Below, piece by piece: positions 1 through 8,710 of a DNA stretch of 32,000 bases. The notes under the pieces are model-generated. The model searched no databases, was not told the DNA's origin, and saw only the letters and a program-made list of their open reading frames with translations. Position 1 is the stretch's first letter. Every line of letters begins with the position of its first letter. Location: assembly GCF_900232105.1 (NCBI RefSeq), contig NZ_LT934425.1:2700001-2732000 (forward strand). Reading direction: 5' to 3'. Position numbers and translations under genes: made by a program. This stretch comes from Candidatus Kuenenia stuttgartensis. Its GTDB lineage: Bacteria > Planctomycetota > Brocadiia > Brocadiales > Brocadiaceae.

Positions 1-73
1 TTTTGCGCTTTTTTTCATTGTGGACTCGGTGTGCTTTGTGAGTACAATCTTCAAAAAGATATTTTTTGTCTTT

Positions 74-1057
74 TCAGCAAGCAAGCGTTTTCTTCAGTGC
101 AGGATTTTTCAGAGCAAAGTAATCCAGGATGTTTTCTGCAAGGGAATCGGCATTTTCAGGTGAATCTGCCGTGACCCAGTGAATATCGGAGAAACTTCTA
201 AACCAGGTCATTTGCCTTTTTGCTAACCGGCGCGTGCCTTGTTTGATTGCATTGACTGCATCCGGAAGCAAATAATTCCCTTTCAGTAAATCAATAACCT
301 CCTTGTATCCAAGCGCTTGAGAAGCTTGTTTACTTAATCCCAGGGGGTTACTTATCAAAGCTTTCACTTCATCAATAAGACCCCGCGAAAACATATCATC
401 CACGCGCGATTCTATACGCCGGTACAATTCTTTGCGATCATGCATAATCGCAACAACAATGCAATGGTACTTCGGATTTTTATTCCCAAACTGGGTTTGG
501 TAAGAAGAAATGCTTATCCCCGTTTGTTGAAAAACCTCAAGCGCCCTGATTATCCTTCTCTGATCATTGGAGTGTAACCGGCTGGCGGTCTTTGGATCAA
601 TTGTTTCAAGCATATGGTATAAAGACTCTGTTCCTTGTTCTTTTGCGATTGTTTTTAACCGGTTCCGATATTCCCAATTTGCCGGAGGACCGTCAAATAA
701 ACCATCCATGATCGCTTTAAGATAAAGCGCCGTGCCGCCGACAACAATAAAGGGTTTTTCCTGTTCATAAAGATTATTCGTGATGATTTCAAAGTCTTTT
801 ATATAATTTCCCACACTGTATTCTTCCCACGGTTCCCTAATATCTATTAAATAATGGGGAATTTTGGTTCTTGTCTCAGCGCATGGCTTTTCCGTCCCAA
901 TATCCATGCCACGATAAATTAGCATAGAGTCGGCGGAAACAATCTCTGCCCCGGTTTTTTCAGCTATTTTCAGGGCTATTTGCGATTTTCCACTGGCAGT
1001 GGGGCCGGTTAGTATGCAGATTGTATGTGACATAAAATTTTTATTTTCTGTTATCAA
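74..1057 (-). CDS. miaA: tRNA dimethylallyltransferase (MiaA)
   Basis: 327 aa ORF with P-loop GPTASGKS, 'SADSMLIYRGMDIGTEKP' and 'ALGYKEVIDLL...IKQGTRRLAKRQMTWFR', all hallmarks of MiaA. Confidence 0.97.
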   Translation of the reverse strand: MITENKNFMSHTICILTGPTASGKSQIALKIAEKTGAEIVSADSMLIYRGMDIGTEKPCAETRTKIPHYLIDIREPWEEYSVGNYIKDFEIITNNLYEQEKPFIVVGGTALYLKAIMDGLFDGPPANWEYRNRLKTIAKEQGTESLYHMLETIDPKTASRLHSNDQRRIIRALEVFQQTGISISSYQTQFGNKNPKYHCIVVAIMHDRKELYRRIESRVDDMFSRGLIDEVKALISNPLGLSKQASQALGYKEVIDLLKGNYLLPDAVNAIKQGTRRLAKRQMTWFRSFSDIHWVTADSPENADSLAENILDYFALKNPALKKTLAC

Positions 1058-1373
1058 AAGCCAGGATGTTTTTATTATATTTTTTAGGGGACAGCCGTAA
1101 CAGCATTATACAAAATGATTTATAATAAGCAAAATAAATGTAATTCCGGCTTGTTCCCAAAATTCGTTCTTCTAGTTCCTACGCCCTGCGTCACATCAAA
1201 GTAAAGGCCATCGAATAATATGAAGCCTGTGCCACCAGACATAAAGCGTCTTGAATTCACACCTCTCCCACGGTAATTAATCAACTTGGGTACTTTCTGA
1301 CAAAAAAAACACTTTAAGAGTTCTGACATTAAGAGCAATAACCGAATAAAGTTGCTACCAAACCCAGCCTAAT

Positions 1374-1907
1374 TTAAAATTCCGTACCCTTTGCCATTTT
1401 TGCATTGTCTGATCCTCTGTTTTTCTTTAACGGGTCAAAAAAATTGTTTGAGGTAATTGCTGCTACATTTTGCATTCCATTTCCCATTACCGTTGCTATT
1501 TTCGAGGTGCAAACCATTTCGCATGCCGGCATGGAGCATAAATTGAGGATGCCGAAGATGATCGCACCACAGAGGATAGTCCCTTTAACAAATCCTAATA
1601 CCGCGCACAATACATTATACCAACCGCCCATTTTCAAATTGTCGACCATGTTTTTGGGAAAATCTGAAATAATTGTGGTTATAAGCGCTGCAAGGCCGAA
1701 CAGGATGAAATAACTCAATACATTGTGCAATGAAACCGAAAACACATTGCAGAAGATGTTGCTTATGACTGCATGGTAAAAAAGCGCCACACAAAAAGAG
1801 AGAAACAAACTACAGATTCTAAGAATTTGGCATATTGGTCCGTCAACAAAGCCAAAAATCACTGAAATACAAAGGACTACAGATAGTATTATATCAATCC
1901 AATTCAT
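1374..1907 (-). CDS. CvpA-like (colicin V production family) membrane protein
   Basis: 177 aa ORF, start 'MNWIDIILSVVLCISVIFGFVDG', four hydrophobic segments and 'LCAVLGFVKGTILCG', typical of the CvpA family. Confidence 0.75.
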   Translation of the reverse strand: MNWIDIILSVVLCISVIFGFVDGPICQILRICSLFLSFCVALFYHAVISNIFCNVFSVSLHNVLSYFILFGLAALITTIISDFPKNMVDNLKMGGWYNVLCAVLGFVKGTILCGAIIFGILNLCSMPACEMVCTSKIATVMGNGMQNVAAITSNNFFDPLKKNRGSDNAKMAKGTEF

Positions 1908-1945
1908 TTATAAAAATCCCCTCTGAACTCGCCAAAATGGTATTG

Positions 1946-2851
1946 CTAATTCAAAGCGTTTAAAATTTCCCGGCACATTTTATTATAGGAATACAATGAA
2001 AGGACAAAATGGATTCTGAGGATAATTTCCTCTTTTTTTGCTGTTTCGGGATTTGAACAATACTGTAAATATTGAGCGTGTATAATACTCACCTGTACAT
2101 CCTCCTGAAACGGGTTTGATGCAATGGATTGTTTTAAGGCTTGTTCTGCGGCAGAATAATTTGAAATGAATAAATACATTTCCCCCAGTTTGTTGAGGAT
2201 TATTACTTCCTGCGGATTCAATTCAGAAGCCCGTTTCAGAAGCATGATAGCCTCATTGCTATTCCCTAATTGGGCGTAAAGACTTCCCAGATTAAACATT
2301 GCCTTTACATAATGAGGGTCTTTTCCCAAAACAAGCTCATATTCTCTTATCGCATCGTCAAACATGTCATGTGTATCATAGAGAACTGCCAGGCAGAAAT
2401 GCGGAAAAATGGCATCAGGGTAGCGTGCGATAGTCTTTTTATATTGTTCTATTGCTCCGTTGTAGTTACCTTCCAATTCCAGAATTTTAGCAATATTAAC
2501 CAGCGCCTCAATATTTTCAGGATTTATTGTTAAGGCTTTTTTGTACATTTGTTTTGCGCTGGCAAACCGAAACATTTTTTCATAAACATAGCCAAGATTG
2601 TTAAGTGTTTCTGCGTTATCAGGTTCTAATGAGGCTGCTTTTTGCAGATAATGGAGCGCCTCGCCGTAATCGTTTCTGGCAAGGTAGATAAATCCCAGTT
2701 TTACATAGGCGTCAGTGAAGGCACTATCACTCTTAAGGCTTTGTTTGTAAGCATCTATTGCTTGTTCCGAATTGGGGAAAAGGCGGTCATATTTTTTCCC
2801 TTCCGCAAACAATTTTCGTGCTAATATTTTCTTGTTCATTGTGGTAGACAT
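1946..2851 (-). CDS. Tetratricopeptide (TPR) repeat protein
   Basis: 301 aa ORF with many TPR units, e.g. 'AETLNNLGYVYEKMFRFASAKQMYKKALTINPENIEALVNIAKI'. The start may be the internal MNKK. Confidence 0.9.
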   Translation of the reverse strand: MSTTMNKKILARKLFAEGKKYDRLFPNSEQAIDAYKQSLKSDSAFTDAYVKLGFIYLARNDYGEALHYLQKAASLEPDNAETLNNLGYVYEKMFRFASAKQMYKKALTINPENIEALVNIAKILELEGNYNGAIEQYKKTIARYPDAIFPHFCLAVLYDTHDMFDDAIREYELVLGKDPHYVKAMFNLGSLYAQLGNSNEAIMLLKRASELNPQEVIILNKLGEMYLFISNYSAAEQALKQSIASNPFQEDVQVSIIHAQYLQYCSNPETAKKEEIILRIHFVLSLYSYNKMCREILNALN

Positions 2852-2980
2852 GATAATAGAGTAGTAAAAAAATTTACCGAAAAGTATGCAGCATACTTGC
2901 TGCCGTACCGGTATGATTTGATAGTATTCAGCAGCATATTAAAATCATTTTGCGGAAAAACCTCCTTTCATCAAAAGAAA

Positions 2981-3020
2981 AAGACCCGGGGCAGATATTG
3001 GCATCTTACGTCCGGGTCTT
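2981..3020 (-). terminator. Rho-independent terminator downstream of riboswitch A
   Basis: Minus strand AAGACCCGG...CCGGGTCTT (9-bp perfect stem) followed by TTTTCTTTT. Confidence 0.8.
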
Positions 3021-3171
3021 AGTTACACAATGAGAAGGTAAATACCTTATTATTTAAAGTTCATAGATCGGGTATTGCCGGATTCATTGTTACCGCCGCA
3101 ATACCCGCGATAAAGCATACAAAAGCTATGCAAGATATGTTGTGAACATTAAATAAACTCTTTTACCGACT

Positions 3172-3257
3172 GAATTTGGCGACCTGGCATTCTTCTTTCC
3201 TGAAGACCCATGGCTTTGCGTCCCAGCCTCACAATTGGTTTGCCTTTTTTCAAATTG
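3172..3257 (-). promoter_or_regulatory. Cyclic-di-GMP-I (GEMM) riboswitch aptamer, copy A
   Basis: Minus strand reads AATTTGAAAAAAGGCAAACCAATTGTGAGGCTGGGACGCAAAGCCATGGGTCTTCAGGAAAGAAGAATGCCAGGTCGCCAAATT. It has the conserved GGCAAACC, GGGACGCAAAGCC and GCCAGGTCGCC blocks, a GUGA (GNRA) loop and a closing P1 helix AATTTG/CAAATT. Confidence 0.88.
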
Positions 3258-3288
3258 TTTTTGTTTTTTGTTACATTATATTTTTGCC

Positions 3289-4545
3289 TCATCCGCAGAA
3301 TCTGTGGGTAAGTATTGGTTCCGGCAAATTACCAAGAGTATGATACAAGGCTGTTTGCAGGCATTCCAGAGATTTATAACCATAAGCCTTTCTCATAGTC
3401 AGTTTCGCCTTAAGGTTAAACCCCTCAACCGTACCGGAAGAAAGTCTGCCATCAGCCTTGAACCAGTTGAGAATGAGCTGCTTGTGATTGCGCAACATCT
3501 TTGCCACTTTTTTCATAGGTTCCAGGTTGGTTTTTAGGGTTCTCGTAATCCAGTTCTCGAGAAACCTGTCTGCATACGCCGGATACTTATACTCCCAAAA
3601 ACGCTGAAAATCTTCACGCATTAAATATGCCTTTATTGAACTCAGGTTGATCTTAACTATCTGGCTTAACCGTACCGTTTGCTTTTCTGTCAAGTTCTCA
3701 GGCCTTTTCAACAGTAACCAACGGCTCTTTTCCAAAACATTGTCTGTGCCTTCATCCTTGAGCTTTTTGACCTCTTCCCTCCGTATCTGGTCTATGGCTT
3801 CATTGAATTTCTTCATGATGTGGAAACGGTCAAGAATATTAAGCGCCTGGGAAGCCTTCTTCGCTATCACCTTCAGGTACGGCGACCACATATCGCTGCA
3901 AACGAATTTGATTCTCAGACAACGTTCTATACCTAACTCCATGAAAAACTTCCGCAGGGTCTTTGCCTTCCGCTCAGGGCCACTCCATAAAAGCCTTTTG
4001 GCATGCGAATCAAGCTGATATACAAGGGTTAAATACTTGTGGCCACTCCAGACTTGTATCTCGTCTATTCCTATTTCCGTTATATTCTCCAAGTCCCTGT
4101 GGGCAAGGCCGTAGGCAACTACAAACTGCACTGCCCTATACACACTGTCCCAACTGGACTTGAATATCTCGGCTGTCTCTTTCCAACTCAGGCGTTTAGC
4201 CCATCGAGACAGGAATACCTTGTATGTGGTGGTCATCTGCTCCTTACCTTCTGACCAGGGAATTCGCTCTACATGGATTCCGTCCACTGGACAGGCGGCG
4301 CGTCGCGGGGAATATCGGAAAAATACTTGAAACCCCCATAATGGCGGATACTCGTATAACCGGGACGGCTGTGTATCATACCCAGACACTCTCTTCCCAC
4401 ATACTGAACATTCAGGCTTGGCATTTACCCTCGGCTTTATATTTGCTACTAATGCCTTTCTACCATTTATGACCTCGAAACTGACTGCTTTGTAAACAAA
4501 TGACTTGAAATTCTCTACCGTATTTAATAATGTCTTTATCTGCAT
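3289..4545 (-). CDS. ISL3-family transposase
   Basis: 418 aa with Zn-ribbon 'ECSVCGKRVSGYDTQPSRLYEYPPLWGFQVFFRYSPRRAACPVDG' and 'IGIDEIQVWSGHKYLTLVYQLD...CSDMWSPYLKVI...LDRFHIMKKFNEAIDQIRR'. The ORF end overlaps the IS terminal inverted repeat. Confidence 0.95.
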   Translation of the reverse strand: MQIKTLLNTVENFKSFVYKAVSFEVINGRKALVANIKPRVNAKPECSVCGKRVSGYDTQPSRLYEYPPLWGFQVFFRYSPRRAACPVDGIHVERIPWSEGKEQMTTTYKVFLSRWAKRLSWKETAEIFKSSWDSVYRAVQFVVAYGLAHRDLENITEIGIDEIQVWSGHKYLTLVYQLDSHAKRLLWSGPERKAKTLRKFFMELGIERCLRIKFVCSDMWSPYLKVIAKKASQALNILDRFHIMKKFNEAIDQIRREEVKKLKDEGTDNVLEKSRWLLLKRPENLTEKQTVRLSQIVKINLSSIKAYLMREDFQRFWEYKYPAYADRFLENWITRTLKTNLEPMKKVAKMLRNHKQLILNWFKADGRLSSGTVEGFNLKAKLTMRKAYGYKSLECLQTALYHTLGNLPEPILTHRFCG

Positions 4546-4660
4546 TGCCTCTCCTTTTGGGTTAAGATGCTTTCTTGATAAAAAACATCTTACTCCCTTT
4601 GGGATGGCAATGCACCTTTTCTCTTACTAATCCTTACTTATTACCCACAGATTCTGCGGA
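3292..4660 (-). mobile_element. ISL3-family insertion sequence with 20-bp perfect terminal inverted repeats
   Basis: TCCGCAGAATCTGTGGGTAA at 3292-3311 and TTACCCACAGATTCTGCGGA at 4641-4660 enclose the transposase ORF. No obvious 8-bp target duplication (TTGCCTCA left, CGAGCCAT right). Confidence 0.9.
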
Positions 4661-5077
4661 CGAGCCATATTTTTTTACAAGTATGTTTCATCTCCTTATC
4701 TGATAGTTGCAGTTATTGGAAGTAATCGGTAAACAATCGTAACGATTTAGTCTTTTGAAAAAGTAAAAACGCCGTTCCCAGATTCCGGCTTGAGAACCAG
4801 GGCTGAATCCGCTTGCCTTTGGCAGCGGCTTTGTTCCGTTGTATATGCTAGTCCGGTTGGATTTTAAAAATAAAAAACCAACGGCTTTTGTTTTTACCCA
4901 CCCCTTAGTCCTCTCCGGGAAGGGGATTGCGGGAGGTTCTCCCAAGAGAGGACTTTCCCAATTTCCCTTATTGGCAGAACAAACGTTTACGCTTGTCATC
5001 GCAATGCCAGGCAAGTATGCCAGGTCTACCACAGGGGCAGGGGTGGGGTGGAGGTTGTTTTTTCACCAAAAAATCGT

Positions 5078-5238
5078 AACACTTTAGTCTTTTGAAACTG
5101 GAGATAATTATTTGTAGTGCAACTAGGTTAGTCGCATTGTCTTGAACATATACTATGCCTTATCGCACTGCTTTTTTTTGGTGCGACGAACCTCGTAGCA
5201 CTACATTGTTGTAGTTTTTCAAAAGACTAAAGTGTTAC
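5078..5238. repeat. 161-bp MITE-like palindromic element
   Basis: Terminal inverted repeats GTAACACTTTAGTCTTTTGAAA at 5078-5099 and its exact reverse complement at 5217-5238. A subterminal near-inverted repeat is also present: TGTAGTGCAACTAGGTTAGTCGCA versus TGTAGTGCTACGAGGTTCGTCGCA (reverse complement of the right side). No ORF. Confidence 0.75.
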
Positions 5239-5293
5239 AAAAAATCTGAAACAATTACACACTAAATATCCTTCTCTCCTTCAACCATAAAAA

Positions 5294-5332
5294 AAGACCC
5301 ATGGCAGATTTAATATCTGACGCATGGGCCTT
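5294..5332 (-). terminator. Rho-independent terminator downstream of riboswitch B
   Basis: Minus strand AAGGCCCATG...CATGGGTCTT (one G-U pair) with inner CAGAT/ATCTG pairing, followed by TTTTTTT. Confidence 0.82.
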
Positions 5333-5402
5333 AGCATTTTTTTTACTTTGCAAAAAATAAAATAGCTTTACCTTTTAACAAAGCAAAAGTTCCTTTTACG
5401 CT

Positions 5403-5487
5403 AAATCTGGCAACCTGGCATTCTTCTTTAAGAAAGACCCATGGCTTTGTGTCCCAACCTCACGATTGGTTTACCTTTTTTCAAATT
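5403..5487 (-). promoter_or_regulatory. Cyclic-di-GMP-I (GEMM) riboswitch aptamer, copy B
   Basis: Minus strand AATTTGAAAAAAGGTAAACCAATCGTGAGGTTGGGACACAAAGCCATGGGTCTTTCTTAAAGAAGAATGCCAGGTTGCCAGATTT. It has CCAATC-GUGA-GGUUGG hairpin P2, conserved CAAAGCC and GCCAGGTTGCC, and P1 AATTTG/CAGATT kept through a G-U pair. Confidence 0.88.
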
Positions 5488-5568
5488 GTCTTGTACTTAC
5501 CCGTAGCTTCTATCACAAACAAAAAAGCAAATCAAGCAAAAAACTATAATGCTTTTATTGTCAGGGAA

Positions 5569-8058
5569 TTAATTCCTGTAAACAGAGTACATTATACCAT
5601 TCTTGTTTAGTAAAAATGTTATAGCGCCATCCCGATGTGTTTGAGTTGTTACGACATGGTAATCATTTAATGTATTGGTTGTCATGTGGGACACCGTATT
5701 ATGCTGCGAGTTGATAAAGGCATATGACGGCTGAACCCTATTGATAAACTGCGGCAGGTTTACTGAATAAGAGCCGTGATGCGGTATCTGCACAATGTCT
5801 GACCTGATGGCCTGCTGTTCTGATAAGAGTGTGTTTATCCCTTGCTTTTGAATATCACCACATAAAAGAATGGAATGCCCGGAATATTCAATCTTCACTA
5901 CGCAGGAATTATCATTTGTTGATAAAGAAGATGAAGGGGAAAAAGAGGGATGGAGTATCTTTACCGTTACGGGTTCAAAACCTTTTATCTCTAATCCATG
6001 GGAAAGCGCAGCGGTATGAATATTTTTTTTATGGAGACGTTCGTGTATTATACGGCCTGTTTCCGATTGGAAAAAATATGGTTGTGAATACACTCGTTTT
6101 ACGTTGAATCTTTCGATGATTGAAGGCAAACCGCTCCAGTGATCATTGTGTTCGTGGGATAAAATTACCAGGTCGATTTTTTTGATTTTTTCACTCCATA
6201 AAAAAGGCGCGACGATTTGTTTTCCCACATCATAATTGTGCCATGTACCTGCATCGTACAGGATGTTTTTCCCGTTGGGGAATTGAATAAACAGGGCAGC
6301 GCCATGCCCAACATCTAAGCAGGTCACTTTTAAAGCATGTGGCCTGGATTTTATTATACCGGAGAAGGTGAGAACATTAGCGCTTATCAGCCCCCATAGT
6401 ACAATATGAAGATAGTGTATTGATAAATACGTGCGATAAAGAAGGAAGAAGAGCAGCAAATAATAGACGAAAATCCCTGTTAAAGAAGGCCCAATCACAT
6501 AAAAATGGGAATACGGCAGGAAAGACAACGTTGAAACAATTGATTCCAATGCGATATCAGTGGCAGACGCCAGCCATGCAAAAACCGAAGCGAATGGAGG
6601 AAATATGGTCCCGAAGAATAACAAAACAATCCCGCTGACAATGATAATCCAGAATAAGGGAAACACTATGATGCTTATTACGGATACGTATGGCGTGAAA
6701 AGATGAAAGTAATATGCGGTGAGTGGCAGGGTGGCAATCCACGCTGCCAGAGAGACGCAAAGGAGTTTACGTACATATTTTTTTATAAAAAATAACCTGC
6801 CTCGTTCTTCAGGCGCCTGTAATTTTTCTACAAACAAAGCAGTCTTAAATAACACTGCCTCAATCTTTGGCGCACCATAGACGATGCCCATCGTTGCCAT
6901 GATTGACAACTGAAACCCAATGCTAAAAAGGTCTGATGGATTTTGCAGGAGAATAAATAATATTGCCGTAAAAATACTGCTGGTGATGTCCCATTGCCTA
7001 TGCACCAAATAGCCGCAAAAGAAAACAATGGCCATGATGCCCGCGCGTTGCACCGGTGGGTTAAAGCCCGTTAAAAGTGCATAGAAAATGGTAACGAACA
7101 CTATTATACCTATGGTCGCTGTTTGATTGACGCCCAGGGCACGCAGCGGCAACAGCACGGTAACTATTACTATTCCAACATGAAAACCGCTGATGGCGAT
7201 GAAGTGGATGATCCCTGTTTTTGCAAAAGTATCAATTGTTTCTACCGATAACCCCGCCCTGTTGCCTAATAACATGCTGCTGATTAACGGAGCACTATTA
7301 CTGAAAGCGTGAGTGTAAATGGTGTTGTTTAAGTAATTTCTTAAAGCGTATATAAAACTATAAAACCGGCTGCGGAACGCGGGGTCTGCTATTTTTATGT
7401 TATTTATGTGTAGTATGGTCATTAAGGAATTAATAGACGGTTTTTGCCTCTTTAGATAATTTTCATAGTTAAACTCTCCGGGGTTGCCCGGTGTTTTGGG
7501 AAGATATGCGTGGCCAAGCAATTCCACTCGTTGACCGTAGACTAATTCTTGTAATGTGATGCCTGAAAGTAATTCCTCGTCCTGCAGGTATACGGTAACC
7601 CTGATGTGTCCAAATATTTCTTCCCATCCGGATACGGTTTTCATCTCTTTTGCCTGCAGTATGAAGGATATTTTATGGTGAGATTTTTCACCAAAGGTAT
7701 TTGATTGGCGATTCAGAAATAGTTTATTATGTGCGTTTCCCTCCAAAATAATGGGAGGTTTGACAATTATTCCCCTTACGCGGAGTAAAGATTTTTGCGT
7801 ACCCAGCGCGTGTTCAATGTGATTGCGTGGGATAAAATCATTACGGCAATCGTAGTAGGCAACGGCAAGGATAATGATAAAAATACACAACAATGGCAGC
7901 AGGAATACGCAACTTTTGTTTAAAAATAAGGTGAAAAAACATACTATCCAGAAGAACAGGCATATTCCAAGGGTTATGGAGAGGGGAATTTTTGTCTGAG
8001 ATCCAAGATAAATACCGCAGAGAAATAAAAGTGTAATGGGGATGATAGGTCTTTGCAT
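5569..8058 (-). CDS. comEC: ComEC/Rec2 family DNA internalization protein (competence domain plus metallo-beta-lactamase-like domain)
   Basis: 829 aa: N-terminal hydrophobic region, 'HFIAISGFHVGIV' competence motif, C-terminal 'LDVGHGAALFIQFPNGKNILYDAG...VILSHEHNDHWSGL...LLCGDIQKQG...VQIPHHGS'. Confidence 0.95.
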   Translation of the reverse strand: MQRPIIPITLLFLCGIYLGSQTKIPLSITLGICLFFWIVCFFTLFLNKSCVFLLPLLCIFIIILAVAYYDCRNDFIPRNHIEHALGTQKSLLRVRGIIVKPPIILEGNAHNKLFLNRQSNTFGEKSHHKISFILQAKEMKTVSGWEEIFGHIRVTVYLQDEELLSGITLQELVYGQRVELLGHAYLPKTPGNPGEFNYENYLKRQKPSINSLMTILHINNIKIADPAFRSRFYSFIYALRNYLNNTIYTHAFSNSAPLISSMLLGNRAGLSVETIDTFAKTGIIHFIAISGFHVGIVIVTVLLPLRALGVNQTATIGIIVFVTIFYALLTGFNPPVQRAGIMAIVFFCGYLVHRQWDITSSIFTAILFILLQNPSDLFSIGFQLSIMATMGIVYGAPKIEAVLFKTALFVEKLQAPEERGRLFFIKKYVRKLLCVSLAAWIATLPLTAYYFHLFTPYVSVISIIVFPLFWIIIVSGIVLLFFGTIFPPFASVFAWLASATDIALESIVSTLSFLPYSHFYVIGPSLTGIFVYYLLLFFLLYRTYLSIHYLHIVLWGLISANVLTFSGIIKSRPHALKVTCLDVGHGAALFIQFPNGKNILYDAGTWHNYDVGKQIVAPFLWSEKIKKIDLVILSHEHNDHWSGLPSIIERFNVKRVYSQPYFFQSETGRIIHERLHKKNIHTAALSHGLEIKGFEPVTVKILHPSFSPSSSLSTNDNSCVVKIEYSGHSILLCGDIQKQGINTLLSEQQAIRSDIVQIPHHGSYSVNLPQFINRVQPSYAFINSQHNTVSHMTTNTLNDYHVVTTQTHRDGAITFLLNKNGIMYSVYRN

Positions 8059-8256
8059 ATTTTTGGATAAGGCAGGTTAATAACGGTAACACTTTGGTTT
8101 TTTGGGAAAAGTAATTGTTAAATCATTGCGTAAAGCCTTATTTAACGAAAAATGTTAGTTGAATGCTTGATTAATGTCAACGTAATTGGTTATATTTACG
8201 AAGGGTTAAATTGTAACGGTATTGTAGGTATTTCATTTATCGGGGAGGCAATAGCA

Positions 8257-8481
8257 ATGATTTATAAAGGGAAAATAATAACAGATCCGGCAATAATGCT
8301 TGGTAAACCTATAATTAAAGGGACGCGAATAACCGTTGAACATGTTCTGAGAAAGCTATCGGAAGGTATAACCGTAGAAGAATTATTAGAGGTATATCCT
8401 CATCTCACAAAAGAGGATATCCTGGCTGCTCTTTCATATTCCGCAGACGTAATTGAACTGGAGGAATTAATTGCCACTTAA
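8257..8481 (+). CDS. DUF433 family protein (putative antitoxin)
   Basis: From the internal ATG at 8257: MIYKGKIITDPAIMLGKPIIKGTRITVEHVLRKLSEGITVEELLEVYPHLTKEDILAALSYSADVI, the classic DUF433 sequence. The ORF track starts further upstream at 8152. Confidence 0.9.
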   Translation: MIYKGKIITDPAIMLGKPIIKGTRITVEHVLRKLSEGITVEELLEVYPHLTKEDILAALSYSADVIELEELIAT

Positions 8482-8710
8482 AATCCTTGCCGATGAAGAT
8501 GTTGATTTTCGGCTAATAAAAAATTTAAGGACTACTGGAAATGCCCACCCCAAATTGCTGTTCGGGAACGTAACGGCGCCGGAAACTACATCTGCGGGTT
8601 CAGGTTACAAACCTGGACCCGCCTGGAATCTTTTGAATGACAAATCCGTTTCAATCCTTTCAATAATTTCAGAAAGCTTCTTATCTCTTATTCATTTTAC
8701 TTCAATCTGA
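8471..8710 (+). pseudogene. Truncated DUF5615 (PIN-like toxin) reading frame
   Basis: TTG start overlapping the DUF433 end: 'MPLKILADEDVDFRLIKNLRTTG' matches the DUF5615 N-terminus, then sequence unrelated to the family, running through a palindrome. Confidence 0.65.
8594..8622. repeat. Short near-perfect palindrome
   Basis: GCGGGTtCAGGTTacaAACCTGgACCCGC. Confidence 0.7.

Noticed and set aside
1120-1338. 72-aa ORF on the minus strand between miaA and cvpA-like
   Set aside because: Low-complexity boilerplate-like sequence ('SGTGFILFDGLYFDVTQGVGTRRTNFGNKP'), no family resemblance and no clear ribosome binding site. Treated as spurious.
3284-4668. Target-site duplication for the ISL3 element
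   Set aside because: The 8 bp adjacent to the two inverted repeats (TTGCCTCA and CGAGCCAT) do not match, so no duplication is reported.
4688-5032. 114-aa and 82-aa overlapping ORFs in the IS/MITE interval
   Set aside because: The translation ('GVKTKAVGFLFLKSNRTSIYNGTKPLPKASGF') looks like translated repeat or noncoding debris. Both strands are open at the same place, with no homolog recognised.
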